Source: Candidatus Thorarchaeota archaeon (GTDB lineage: Archaea; Asgardarchaeota; Thorarchaeia; Thorarchaeales; Thorarchaeaceae). Taken from it: a stretch of DNA of 18,058 nucleotides. The position numbers and the translations under genes were made by a program. Shown here in pieces: positions 1 through 8,228 of this stretch. The notes beneath the pieces are model-generated. The model had not been told where the DNA came from. It worked only from the letters and a program-made list of their open reading frames with translations, and ran no database searches. The first letter of the stretch is position 1. Every line of letters begins with the position of its first letter. Location: assembly GCA_048884965.1 (NCBI GenBank), contig JBHLQH010000050.1, forward strand, positions 1 to 18,058, given 5' to 3'.

Positions 1-2
1 AG

Positions 3-995
3 AACATGATCACTGGTGCCTCACAGGCAGATGTTGCCATGTTGGTCGTATCAGCAAAGACTGGTGAGTTCGAGGCAGGTATTGGCCCCGGTGGCCAGAC
101 CAAGGAACACGCATACCTCTGTATGACCCTCGGTGTCCCATCAATGATTGTCGCCATCAACAAGATGGACGATGTCAACTACAGCGAGGACAGGTACAAA
201 GAGGTCAAGGAAGAAGTCGCAGGTTTCTTGAAGGGTATCGGTTACAAGACCGATGATATCCCATTCATCCCAACCTCAGCACTCTCCGCTGCTAACCTTA
301 AGCAGAGGACCCCTGATCTCACACCCTTCTACAATGGTCCTTGCCTCCTAGAAGCACTCGATCTGGTTTCCCTTCCACCAAAGCCGATTGACAAGCCACT
401 CCGTGTGCCAATCAACGACGTCTACTCCATCAAGGGTGTAGGTACTGTCCCTGTTGGCCGTGTTGAGACTGGTATCATGAAGTCCGGAATGAAGGTCACT
501 TTCATGCCCCCGAACAAGACCGGTGAGGTAAAGTCAATCGAGATGCACCATGAGATCTTGGCCCAAGCAGAGCCTGGTGACAACATCGGATTCAACATCC
601 GAGGTATCGAAAGGAAGGACCTTGGTCGTGGTGATGTCGCTGGTCCAGTTGATGCACCACCCACAGTCGCAGCTGACTACACTGGTCAGGTGATGGTCAT
701 TCAGCACCCAACCGCTATCACAGTCGGTTACACTCCCGTCATTCACGCACACACCGCTCAGGTCGCTTGCAGGTTCGATGAACTGCAGAAGAAGCTCGAC
801 CAGAGAAGTGGTCAGGTGATCCAGGAGAACCCAGACTTCGTGAAGAAAGGTGAGTCAATGATTGCGAAGCTCGTACCATTGAAGCCAATGGTCATTGAGC
901 CCTACAAGGAGCTCCCACAGCTCGGTAGGTTCGCAGTTCGTGACATGGGTATGACCGTTGCTGTTGGTGTCGTTCTAAGCGTCACCAAGAAATAG
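3..995 (+). CDS. tuf: Translation elongation factor EF-1alpha (aEF1A), 5'-truncated by the window edge
   Basis: [15 protein letters not shown] (G4), [34 protein letters not shown] and LGRFAVRDM are EF-1A signature motifs; the frame is open from the window start. Confidence 0.99.
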   Translation, partial: NMITGASQADVAMLVVSAKTGEFEAGIGPGGQTKEHAYLCMTLGVPSMIVAINKMDDVNYSEDRYKEVKEEVAGFLKGIGYKTDDIPFIPTSALSAANLKQRTPDLTPFYNGPCLLEALDLVSLPPKPIDKPLRVPINDVYSIKGVGTVPVGRVETGIMKSGMKVTFMPPNKTGEVKSIEMHHEILAQAEPGDNIGFNIRGIERKDLGRGDVAGPVDAPPTVAADYTGQVMVIQHPTAITVGYTPVIHAHTAQVACRFDELQKKLDQRSGQVIQENPDFVKKGESMIAKLVPLKPMVIEPYKELPQLGRFAVRDMGMTVAVGVVLSVTKK

Positions 996-1008
996 TTCTA
1001 GTATTGTT

Positions 1009-1040
1009 GGAGCCTACGGGCTCCTTTCTACTCTTTTTTG
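1009..1040 (+). terminator. Hairpin plus U-tract after tuf
   Basis: GGAGCC-TACG-GGCTCC (6-bp stem, C(UACG)G tetraloop) followed by TTTCTACTCTTTTTTG, starting 13 nt after the tuf stop. Confidence 0.75.
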
Positions 1041-1237
1041 CTTGATTTCTCACTATCGTTTCGGATTGGTATATCACATACCATCATGATAGTGATGAGG
1101 ATACCAGCACCCAGCACTAATACCCAATCATTCGGACTCTGCTGAATCAACCAGAGAATCACGACCCATACTATAGCAATGAATAGGATCGCTCCTGCCC
1201 ATCTCCCCCTTAATGGCACCCTGATGAACCTTGGCAA
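1028..1237 (-). CDS. Small hypothetical membrane protein (2 TM helices)
   Basis: 69 aa with two hydrophobic stretches and a charged tail; TTG start preceded by an SD-like GAGGGG; TATA-like TGCTTAAGCA palindrome about 40 nt upstream. Confidence 0.65.
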   Translation of the reverse strand: MPRFIRVPLRGRWAGAILFIAIVWVVILWLIQQSPNDWVLVLGAGILITIMMVCDIPIRNDSEKSSKKE

Positions 1238-1393
1238 GTTGAATTCCCCTCATTTACATCCCTGTAATGGAAATTGCTTAAGCATTGCCATAGAAATGAT
1301 ATGAAAAGCGAGTTTGTGATACAAACTACGATGTGAGGCAAGCGCTGTCCACTACTTATATTCATTCTATTCATGAACTAGATTGTGATTTGA

Positions 1394-1993
1394 ATGATTG
1401 AATTTGACAAGACAAGACTGAGTGGCTACCTGATTTTCCTAGCTGGCCTTCAATGGTTCATAGGTCTACTTGCTGCAGAATCATGGACCCCTGACTATAG
1501 TAGTCGTATCGACTACGTTAGTGAGCTTGGTATTTGGGAGATGGCTACGTTGTACAATGCTTCTATTTTCATACTTGGAGTCCTCCTAGTTATAGGCTCA
1601 TACCTTCTTTTTCAGGACGGTAAACCGCGACTATTCACGATACTCCTCGCGATAACAGGGATAGGTGCGATAGGTCTGGGTATTTTCCCCGGATACGCTC
1701 AACCAATGCATAGCATTGCCACGCTCATTGCCATCATGGCTGGCACATTGTCTGCAATCGCTTCCTTCCAACTGCAAAAGAAACCGATGTATTTCATATC
1801 CCTTATTCTAGGGCTAACCGCGCTTCTATCAGTCATTATCTTCTTTCCCTATTTGGGTCTGCCAACTGGCTCAACTGAAACCTTTCTTGGCATGGCCAAG
1901 GGGTCCATGGAGCGCTGGGCAATCTATCCGATACTGGCTTGGGCTATTAGCTTTGGCAGCTACTTAGTCGGTTCGAATGACCCTGTCACATAG
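1394..1993 (+). CDS. DUF998-family multi-pass membrane protein
   Basis: About 5-6 TM segments with YS...YVSELG, GIFP...H and G.MERW.IYP motifs characteristic of DUF998. Confidence 0.8.
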   Translation: MIEFDKTRLSGYLIFLAGLQWFIGLLAAESWTPDYSSRIDYVSELGIWEMATLYNASIFILGVLLVIGSYLLFQDGKPRLFTILLAITGIGAIGLGIFPGYAQPMHSIATLIAIMAGTLSAIASFQLQKKPMYFISLILGLTALLSVIIFFPYLGLPTGSTETFLGMAKGSMERWAIYPILAWAISFGSYLVGSNDPVT

Positions 1994-2007
1994 GCATGTA
2001 GTCGCAG

Positions 2008-2041
2008 AAGGAGTCCGTGGGCTCCTTTCTGTTCTTTTTCG
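2008..2041 (+). terminator. Hairpin plus U-tract after the DUF998 gene
   Basis: AAGGAGTC-CGTG-GGCTCCTT stem (one U-G pair) followed by TCTGTTCTTTTTC. Confidence 0.7.
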
Positions 2042-2067
2042 GTCGTTGGTACCGAATTGGACCATTA

Positions 2068-2129
2068 GAATCAATGCTAATAGGGCTGATACACATGATA
2101 TAGGATATTAAGCATTGATTCAGGGCTGA
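2068..2129. promoter_or_regulatory. Promoter or operator of the histidine kinase gene
   Basis: Perfect 11-bp inverted repeat GAATCAATGCT (2068-2078) / AGCATTGATTC (2111-2121) next to a TATTAAG box; each arm is followed by AGGGCTGA (2082, 2122). Confidence 0.45.
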
Positions 2130-2156
2130 AGCAAGAAATAAAACAAGGCCTGTGAA

Positions 2157-3941
2157 ATGTCCAACATGAATGATTCCCCATTAGATATTCAATTGATGTT
2201 CGACCTAGTGGACCATGGAATCATCATAGTCGACGGAAGAGGACGGATCCGCGATTCGAATCGTGGATTCTTGGATATGATTGGTCTGAATCGTGCGATG
2301 CTCATCAGCAGGAAGATCGACGATTTCCTATCTGATGATGACCATCTAAGATTGATAGACGCGATGAGAAGTTGCGAATCGAATGAAGTCAGAAAGGTGG
2401 CTCTCACTTGGACTCGCCAAGACTCTACAAGATACAAGACCATGACGACGTTAGGAATGCTTCCAAGAAGGACGGCCGATGACCAAGCGTATTTTCTGAT
2501 GATTCGTCAGGTGCATGAGAAGGAAGAAGACACCGAACTAGAATTCCAATACAGAACCCTGTTGAATCAAGCACAGATTGGTATCATGATATGGCAGATG
2601 AATCCTGTGCGAATCTCCTATGTGAATCCCAAGATATGCGAATTACTGGGTTACACCCAAGAGGAGCTTCTCTCTCTTAGGGATGAGGATGCCTTTTCTG
2701 TACTGCATCCTGAGGATCGAGCGATAGTAGCGAATCGATTCAAACAGCGACTATCTGGAAGTGACGTTGCCAGGATCTACGAAACCAGAGGTCTTCGAAA
2801 GGATGGCACATCAATCTGGTTGCAGGTCACCGCCAGCTACATTACCTATCAGGGAGAACCAGCATCCCTTACGACCATTCTCGATGTCACTGATGAGGTA
2901 ATCGCAAGATTACAGATACAGGCTTCTGAAAGCAAGTATCGAAAGCTGGCCGAGGGCTCTATTCAGGGCATAGTGCTGCTAAAGGAGGGGCGGATCCAGT
3001 ACGCAAATCCTGCCTATTCGACGATTACTGGCTATTCGAGCGAGGAATTGTACCGCAAGACCTCAAGAGAGGTCCTTGAAATAATCCACCCTGAAGACAG
3101 AAACAGCTTGGCTGATATCCTGCTAGACACTCCAAAGCAATTCCAGAACTACTCCGAAAAGGAGTTCAGAATCCTCAGGAAAGATGGTTCAATCAGATGG
3201 TTGAACGCAACAACCAGTAGGTTCCTCATCGATAATGAACCAGCACTACAGCAGACACTTGTTGACATCACGGACAGGAAGGAAGCAGAGAACAAACTAA
3301 AATCAGCGGCAGAAGCTGCAATGCTCTACTTGGACATCATGGGGCATGACATCAGAAATCAACTTCAAGCTATGTTGATAGGAACTGAAACACTGAGGGC
3401 AAAGCTACCCTCTGATGCTGCTCTGGAGTCAGTTATCGATTCAGTCATGATGTGTGAACGGTTGATATCTGGGATACATGCCACTGAGGGGTTGCTTTTC
3501 GCACCAATGAGCGAAACCAACCTAAACAATGCAATCAAGAATGTAGTGAACAAGACCAAACAGAGGTATCCTGAGGCAATGATCGAAACCACCATACCAG
3601 AAGGATCCACTACCATTCTTGCAGACTCTCATCTCTACTACTTGCTTCAAATCATCTTAGAAAATGCCATCATTCACAATCAAAGCGATGAGAAGAGAGT
3701 GTGGATCATATTGGAAGAGGTAGAAGGAAGATACAATCTATCAATTTCCGATAATGGACAGGGATTCTCTGATTCTCGCAAGAGCGAACTGTTCGATCAA
3801 GATCGGCGTTTTGGTGGGATAGGAGTACACCAAGCAAGAGGTATAATGGACAAATATGCAGGTTCTATCTCGGTCGAAGATAGAATCAGCGGAGTTCCCA
3901 AACAAGGTGCAAAATTCGTTCTAAGATTCCCCAAAGCATAG
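2157..3941 (+). CDS. Soluble sensor histidine kinase with three PAS/PAC domains
   Basis: Three PAS repeats (YVNP..CELLGY, HPEDR, RKDG..W, DITDRK); H-box DIMGHDIRNQL, N-box LENAIIH, G1 DNGQG, short G2 FGGIG, terminal GAKFVLRFP. No TM helix. Confidence 0.93.
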   Translation: MSNMNDSPLDIQLMFDLVDHGIIIVDGRGRIRDSNRGFLDMIGLNRAMLISRKIDDFLSDDDHLRLIDAMRSCESNEVRKVALTWTRQDSTRYKTMTTLGMLPRRTADDQAYFLMIRQVHEKEEDTELEFQYRTLLNQAQIGIMIWQMNPVRISYVNPKICELLGYTQEELLSLRDEDAFSVLHPEDRAIVANRFKQRLSGSDVARIYETRGLRKDGTSIWLQVTASYITYQGEPASLTTILDVTDEVIARLQIQASESKYRKLAEGSIQGIVLLKEGRIQYANPAYSTITGYSSEELYRKTSREVLEIIHPEDRNSLADILLDTPKQFQNYSEKEFRILRKDGSIRWLNATTSRFLIDNEPALQQTLVDITDRKEAENKLKSAAEAAMLYLDIMGHDIRNQLQAMLIGTETLRAKLPSDAALESVIDSVMMCERLISGIHATEGLLFAPMSETNLNNAIKNVVNKTKQRYPEAMIETTIPEGSTTILADSHLYYLLQIILENAIIHNQSDEKRVWIILEEVEGRYNLSISDNGQGFSDSRKSELFDQDRRFGGIGVHQARGIMDKYAGSISVEDRISGVPKQGAKFVLRFPKA

Positions 3942-4048
3942 AGGATACGGTATCACTGTCCTACAAGATTTATGGCATTGTATATGCAATTAGATATTGA
4001 GGACAGACAATTAGTGACATGAATCTCATACCACACCAGACATGTGAA

Positions 4049-4369
4049 TCATCGTCCTTTATCGAACGGTCCCAACTTGAAAATCCATAAGACATCCCCC
4101 TCCATCATATTTGGAGATATCCTTGAGATGATACCGGCGAGAATCAAGAATATACCGAAGATGACTCCAATTCCAACATAGTTCTCCCATGGTGATGAAA
4201 CATACACACTTCCAGTTAAGGCAGCAACAGCCATAGGTAGGATTCCTAGTATGAGTGAAACAATAATCATAACGCAACCGAGGAGGAACAAGTATTTGCC
4301 ACGTCTACGTCTTCGTAGATACGCTTGCCACCTCTTTTCCAGTTCAGGATTCGTATCATCTTCACCCAC
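4049..4369 (-). CDS. Hypothetical membrane protein (2 TM helices)
   Basis: Basic RRRRRGK patch before two hydrophobic helices (positive-inside topology); GTG start. Confidence 0.7.
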   Translation of the reverse strand: MGEDDTNPELEKRWQAYLRRRRRGKYLFLLGCVMIIVSLILGILPMAVAALTGSVYVSSPWENYVGIGVIFGIFLILAGIISRISPNMMEGDVLWIFKLGPFDKGR

Positions 4370-4473
4370 GCGATTACACTACCCATCATACACTCCCTGC
4401 CGATGAACATAAGGATTCCTCCAAGTTGGCAGACAGGTTAGGTATTATAACATCATATTCCACCCTTCAGTAC

Positions 4474-4947
4474 ATGAGTGATATACTAGAGAGAATGGTA
4501 GAATATTGGCAGTGGGCTGACAGTTCTGTCTGGAACCTCGTGACATCTCTTTCTGACAAGGAGTTCACGCATCGTTTTGGTAATGACGGACCAAGTATCC
4601 ATCAGCGCTATCTTCACCTTGCGGAGGACTCTTGGGAGTGGTATGCCGATTGGACCGGGGCCGATATCGAGGAAGAGCCTGACTTTGATGCAATGTCCCG
4701 AGAGGATCTCTTCACCTTCATCTCGGACTACAATCGGAAATGGGCAGCGCTCCTAGAATCGGACCAGAACAAGACAGTAAATGTCGGCACGAGCGATAAC
4801 ATGGTCACTATCACCCTACCTGAGATAGTCTTCCACATGAACAATCACGCGACCTACCACCGTGGACAGATAATAATGGCACTTCGAATGCTTGGAAAGG
4901 AGGTTCAATTCACGGATTATGTCCCCTTCAGACTCAGACGAAGATAA
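4474..4947 (+). CDS. DinB/YfiT-like (DinB family) four-helix metal-binding protein
   Basis: SIHQRYLHL and FHMNNHATYHRGQI His motifs. Start moved to ATG 4474 because TTATAA at 4445-4450 lies about 24 nt upstream (probably leaderless). Confidence 0.88.
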   Translation: MSDILERMVEYWQWADSSVWNLVTSLSDKEFTHRFGNDGPSIHQRYLHLAEDSWEWYADWTGADIEEEPDFDAMSREDLFTFISDYNRKWAALLESDQNKTVNVGTSDNMVTITLPEIVFHMNNHATYHRGQIIMALRMLGKEVQFTDYVPFRLRRR

Positions 4948-5021
4948 GCTAGGAGAATTGTGCCTCTTGAACACCCTTTATCATCTTTCACTGACCTGAT
5001 CTTTTCGTAGGTGTCTGAACA

Positions 5022-5255
5022 TTGGATACGGAATCGAACGAGGCATATGAGGACGGCAATCGGTCAAGACTCCTTGTGGTAGCCCTTCTTCTCTTGATTG
5101 GGTCTCCAGGGTCCCTTCTTCTCTTCACTTTGCCCCTTGAGGTGACTCCCATCCTCTTGCTGCTAGTGATTCCAATCACATTGGCATTTGTCTTCTGGTA
5201 CAGAAGGATTCTCTTGCACCGTGAAAGGTTCCGACAGGATACCTTGCAATTCTAG
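5022..5255 (+). CDS. Small hypothetical membrane protein
   Basis: 77 aa with two Leu-rich hydrophobic segments; TTG start; CTTTATC box upstream. Confidence 0.55.
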   Translation: MDTESNEAYEDGNRSRLLVVALLLLIGSPGSLLLFTLPLEVTPILLLLVIPITLAFVFWYRRILLHRERFRQDTLQF

Positions 5256-5306
5256 AAGCATGTCTGCTGGACCAATCCTTATCATGACTCACTCTTCTTC
5301 CGAACC

Positions 5307-5702
5307 ATGGCAATCTTTGAGGTCGCGAACTTCTGGCTGGTGACAGGCATCGCCTTGTTAGTCATCGGTGAGGCATTTGCATTGCTCATTGGAATGAATA
5401 CGATCTCTACCAAGGCCAAAGAATGGCTGACCCTCAAGAACAATCTACTGCTTGCAGCTGATGTCATCACTGGAGGCATGATTCTCTTCCTGCTCCTCTT
5501 TGAAAGTAATGCTCTTTTCACAACCTCTGTCTTCTATGTTGCAATGGCAGTCATCATTTTCACACACGTTTGGAGGGATATTGAGTACCTTTTTCGCGTT
5601 CCTTTCACATTTCTAGCAAATTCTGGTCTTTTTGCAATGAACAATATCAAGTTAGTAGGTGCAGTATGTTCATTTATCTTCGCGATGTTACCCAGTACCT
5701 AG
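5307..5702 (+). CDS. Hypothetical multi-pass membrane protein (about 4 TM)
   Basis: 131 aa, strongly hydrophobic; CTTATC box about 25 nt before the ATG. Confidence 0.75.
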   Translation: MAIFEVANFWLVTGIALLVIGEAFALLIGMNTISTKAKEWLTLKNNLLLAADVITGGMILFLLLFESNALFTTSVFYVAMAVIIFTHVWRDIEYLFRVPFTFLANSGLFAMNNIKLVGAVCSFIFAMLPST

Positions 5703-5714
5703 CTCCAAGAGGAA

Positions 5715-6155
5715 GTGAGTAAGTTGGACGAACGAAGCTATGATCAATACGACACACCTGAAGCGTCATCGGTAAAATATGTCAAGTTCGTCGTTGCAGC
5801 AGGTGTTATCATTGCCGCAGCCATAGGGCTCTATTACTCAGCTTCGGTCTTAATCATCGATTCTGAGATCTACCTGATACTGCTGCTCTCCTTTCTCGTC
5901 CCAATGGTATGTCTTCTCACTTTCACAGCCTGTGCATGGGCACGAGGCACATCCATAGTTCGGACTGACCTCCGTGAAGATGCCATGATATTCGAAGAGA
6001 TGCATCTACGAGCCAGCAGAGCTCAGCCCATGGAGGGGACTGATTGGTACCGTTGTCCGGAATGCACTGAGGCATTTGAGCTATCCAATGCAAAGCCAGT
6101 GGATGAGAAAGTAGTCCAGTGCCCATTCTGCGACTCGAGGCTCATCGTAGGATAA
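5715..6155 (+). CDS. Membrane-anchored zinc-ribbon protein
   Basis: Two TM helices followed by C-terminal CPEC-x16-CPFC; GAGG SD before the GTG. Confidence 0.8.
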   Translation: MSKLDERSYDQYDTPEASSVKYVKFVVAAGVIIAAAIGLYYSASVLIIDSEIYLILLLSFLVPMVCLLTFTACAWARGTSIVRTDLREDAMIFEEMHLRASRAQPMEGTDWYRCPECTEAFELSNAKPVDEKVVQCPFCDSRLIVG

Positions 6156-6220
6156 CATATCCCACAATCACTGATTTTCAAGTCCTGTCCTGAGTGTGGA
6201 GTTTCTCTTACCTAGATACT

Positions 6221-6505
6221 TCAGCGATCATCATCATGCTTGTATGCTTCGTGTGTATCAGTCTTATCACGTTCTGTACGCAGTCCTACAGGGAAGGGCT
6301 TGTCCCCACCCCAAGAAGATTGACCGGAGTACGAATAGTCATACCCACGTATACCACCGTAGCCATCGACGCTCTTATCTGATGGTCGTGTGACTTGAAC
6401 TCTCCCCGAAGGACGCCCTGTACCAAAAGAACGGGCCGCGCACATCATCAAAATAACGAATCCGACCGCGAAAGCAACTATTGGAATTAAATCGATAAGC
6501 TGCAT
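6221..6505 (-). CDS. Hypothetical single-pass membrane protein (94 aa)
   Basis: MQLIDLIPIVAFAVGFVILMMCAAR N-terminal TM plus a low-complexity G/S/D tail. The tracked ORF extension to 6625 runs into the tRNA and was trimmed; alternative ATG at 6529. Confidence 0.6.
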   Translation of the reverse strand: MQLIDLIPIVAFAVGFVILMMCAARSFGTGRPSGRVQVTRPSDKSVDGYGGIRGYDYSYSGQSSWGGDKPFPVGLRTERDKTDTHEAYKHDDDR

Positions 6506-6553
6506 ACTTGTAGTACAGCTTGAGAGCATATACACTTTCTCAAAAAAAGAGGA

Positions 6554-6667
6554 TGGCGCTGAGGGAGAGATTTGAACTCTCGAGTCTTGCGACACTGGAT
6601 CTTTGCAGGATGACTGGAATGCCAACCATTAGCAATCCAGCTCCCTACCAAGCTAGGATACCTCAGC
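6554..6667 (-). tRNA. tRNA-Ser(GCT) with a 29-nt intron (6601-6629) at canonical position 37/38; CCA encoded
   Basis: Acceptor GCTGAGG/CCTCAGC, discriminator G plus CCA, anticodon stem CTGGA/TCCAG with GCT (6631-6633), long variable arm GTC-GCAA-GAC, T-arm GAGAG-TTCAAAT-CTCTC, T7 run downstream (6542-6548). Confidence 0.97.
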
Positions 6668-6843
6668 ACAAGTGACGCGTTCCTGATACAATTCTCTCAT
6701 AAACATTGTGACGTTGCAAAAATCAAAGTAAAGAGATATTTGTATCGTACCTCTGAATTAACTAGAACCAGCATACGCAGGGAGCTTTTGAATTGACTCT
6801 AATTGGGACGACTAATCCCTCGGTTAAATCATCATCTAGAGGA

Positions 6844-7623
6844 TTGAAGTCAAAGCGTACAATGTTCTTCACCATCTATATCCTACTTGTCGTGTTCATC
6901 GGACTGATAAACTGGGGTATCCTGTTTCCACCTCCACAGCGTGAACTCATAGGCACAACATCTGTTCAATCATGGGTTCCTACATACATTCTCTATGACC
7001 CTCCTGGAGAGCTAAGCTATGGCAGATGTTACAGTTATGATACAATTACTATCAGATTAGCAGGGGGAGATGATGATATCATGGTTGATACCGAATTCAC
7101 GGCGTATCTTGGATTCGGATCCTTCAGCACACGTCTTTTTGGTCTAGGGCATTCAATAAACGCTCCCCTTCTAAATCAGACATGGCAGCTATGGAAGTAT
7201 ACCGATGGTACAAGAGAGTGGCTCCAAGCTGAATTGATCAACATTTCAAATATAGGATCAGGTATTTTCGGATTCGATTCCTCCTCCTATGTTAATAGCA
7301 GAGGAATGTGGGTAGAGGATAAGACAGGTGAAGAGAGTTCACATAGCTTGGAATGGTTCGTTGCTGCTGGAGAACTAGAAGAGATAACCATCGTGTGCAC
7401 TCAGAGGGAATTTGTCCTCTTGGGCGGATATCTACTACATATCTTCGGCTATGACATCGTTCTCAATATTAGCATCTCAATAACTTCCCCTGTCACTAAT
7501 ACCTACGTCCTTAACAATAACATGACTTCCCTTTCCGCACGTCTATATTCCAGTGGACCTATTGAGCAGACTGACGATGGATCATATACAACAGAAGGAG
7601 CCTTTGTATGGTTTGACCAATAA
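6844..7623 (+). CDS. Hypothetical N-terminally membrane-anchored, beta-rich extracellular protein
   Basis: Signal-anchor MFFTIYILLVVFIGLINWGILF, several NxS/T sequons and a YILYDPPG motif. Start uncertain (6793, 6844 or 6862). Confidence 0.7.
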   Translation: MKSKRTMFFTIYILLVVFIGLINWGILFPPPQRELIGTTSVQSWVPTYILYDPPGELSYGRCYSYDTITIRLAGGDDDIMVDTEFTAYLGFGSFSTRLFGLGHSINAPLLNQTWQLWKYTDGTREWLQAELINISNIGSGIFGFDSSSYVNSRGMWVEDKTGEESSHSLEWFVAAGELEEITIVCTQREFVLLGGYLLHIFGYDIVLNISISITSPVTNTYVLNNNMTSLSARLYSSGPIEQTDDGSYTTEGAFVWFDQ

Positions 7624-7642
7624 TATATGAAGATTTGAAAGC

Positions 7643-7667
7643 AAACAAAAAGAAGCTGGGCAGCTCC
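7643..7667 (-). terminator. Hairpin plus U-tract after the 71-aa gene
   Basis: Minus strand GGAGCT-GCCC-AGCTTC followed by TTTTTGTTT. Confidence 0.55.
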
Positions 7668-7686
7668 TACGATTCCTCTTTGGAAC

Positions 7687-7902
7687 TTAACGCAGGAAGC
7701 TGCTTCTGTAACTATCTGCACGGGTGCCGGACTTGAGCGCCTCAAGATCCTTGAGTGCCTGAGCTGATGCGATCTCGCATCGCTGGTACCTAGCCCCTTC
7801 GTCATACTCTAACCAACGGGCAGTCCGCTTTCGCACCTGGGATTTGATAGACTCAACAATCTGTCCAATCTTTGATTCTTGTTCTGTTACTAGTGTTTGC
7901 AT
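7687..7902 (-). CDS. Small soluble, probably helical hypothetical protein (71 aa)
   Basis: MQTLVTEQESKIGQIVESIKSQVRKRTARWLEYDEGARYQRCEIASAQALKDLEALKSG...; amphipathic composition, with its own TATA box upstream and a terminator downstream. Confidence 0.7.
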   Translation of the reverse strand: MQTLVTEQESKIGQIVESIKSQVRKRTARWLEYDEGARYQRCEIASAQALKDLEALKSGTRADSYRSSFLR

Positions 7903-7925
7903 CGTTATTACACACTCGTTGTTTA

Positions 7926-8088
7926 TGTGGTACCTTGGCAACACACCCTTCCTACTAGGTAAACGAGAGCAGGCATGAGCAGATCTTTCAGGGGGTCACT
8001 GGTTCAATACCTGCTTTACTATCCAGTTCTATCGTAGGAGGAATATTTGGCAGCGTAACGAAGGCTGTGTTGCCAATTATTAACCACA
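7926..8088 (-). ncRNA. Candidate structured 5' leader (long imperfect rod) of the 71-aa gene
   Basis: Nested inverted repeats 7926-7931/8083-8088, 7935-7951/8060-8076 (16 of 17 bp), 7951-7955/8034-8038 and 7968-7976/8007-8015; begins about 22 nt downstream of TTTATATA (8110-8117, minus). Confidence 0.5.
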
Positions 8089-8094
8089 ATGAAA

Positions 8095-8168
8095 TTTTGG
8101 GCAAGTTTGTATATAAATATAATGCCCAACGCAACTATTTTTGGTGTTTTTTTGGCAAGTTTTATATA
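8095..8168. promoter_or_regulatory. Divergent TATA boxes with repeated TTGG(G)CA operator-like motifs
   Basis: TTTATATA on minus (8110-8117) and on plus (8161-8168); TTGGGCA-N19-TGCCCAA (8097-8129) brackets the first; direct repeat TTTTGG(G)CAAGTTT(G)TATATA at 8095 and 8150. Confidence 0.6.
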
Positions 8169-8228
8169 CCATTTCTCCAAAATGAGCATAGTTGAGATAG
8201 AAGAAGGTGGACCACACTGGAGATAGCT

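Noticed and set aside
5022-6155. Three consecutive in-frame ORFs separated only by TAG codons (5253, 5700), suggesting pyrrolysine or amber readthrough
   Set aside because: The downstream ORFs have their own promoter-like box or SD, and TAG is the normal stop of tuf, infB and rps28e in this window.
6194-6393. Plus-strand ORFs 6194..6382 and 6196..6393
   Set aside because: Antisense to the more protein-like 6221..6505 ORF and lacking clear start signals; 6194..6382 cannot be fully excluded.
6487-6669. ORF 6487..6669 and the 5' extension of 6221..6625
   Set aside because: They overlap the tRNA-Ser gene.
7923-7976. 17-aa uORF MPALVYLVGRVCCQGTT in the structured leader (minus), a possible Cys-sensing leader peptide
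   Set aside because: No SD, the start codon is buried in a helix, and an ORF this short is expected by chance. Revisit only if conserved.
7968-8015. Inner hairpin containing ATGA considered as a SECIS element
   Set aside because: No opposing GA quartet or apical AA, and no neighbouring ORF with a convincing in-frame TGA.
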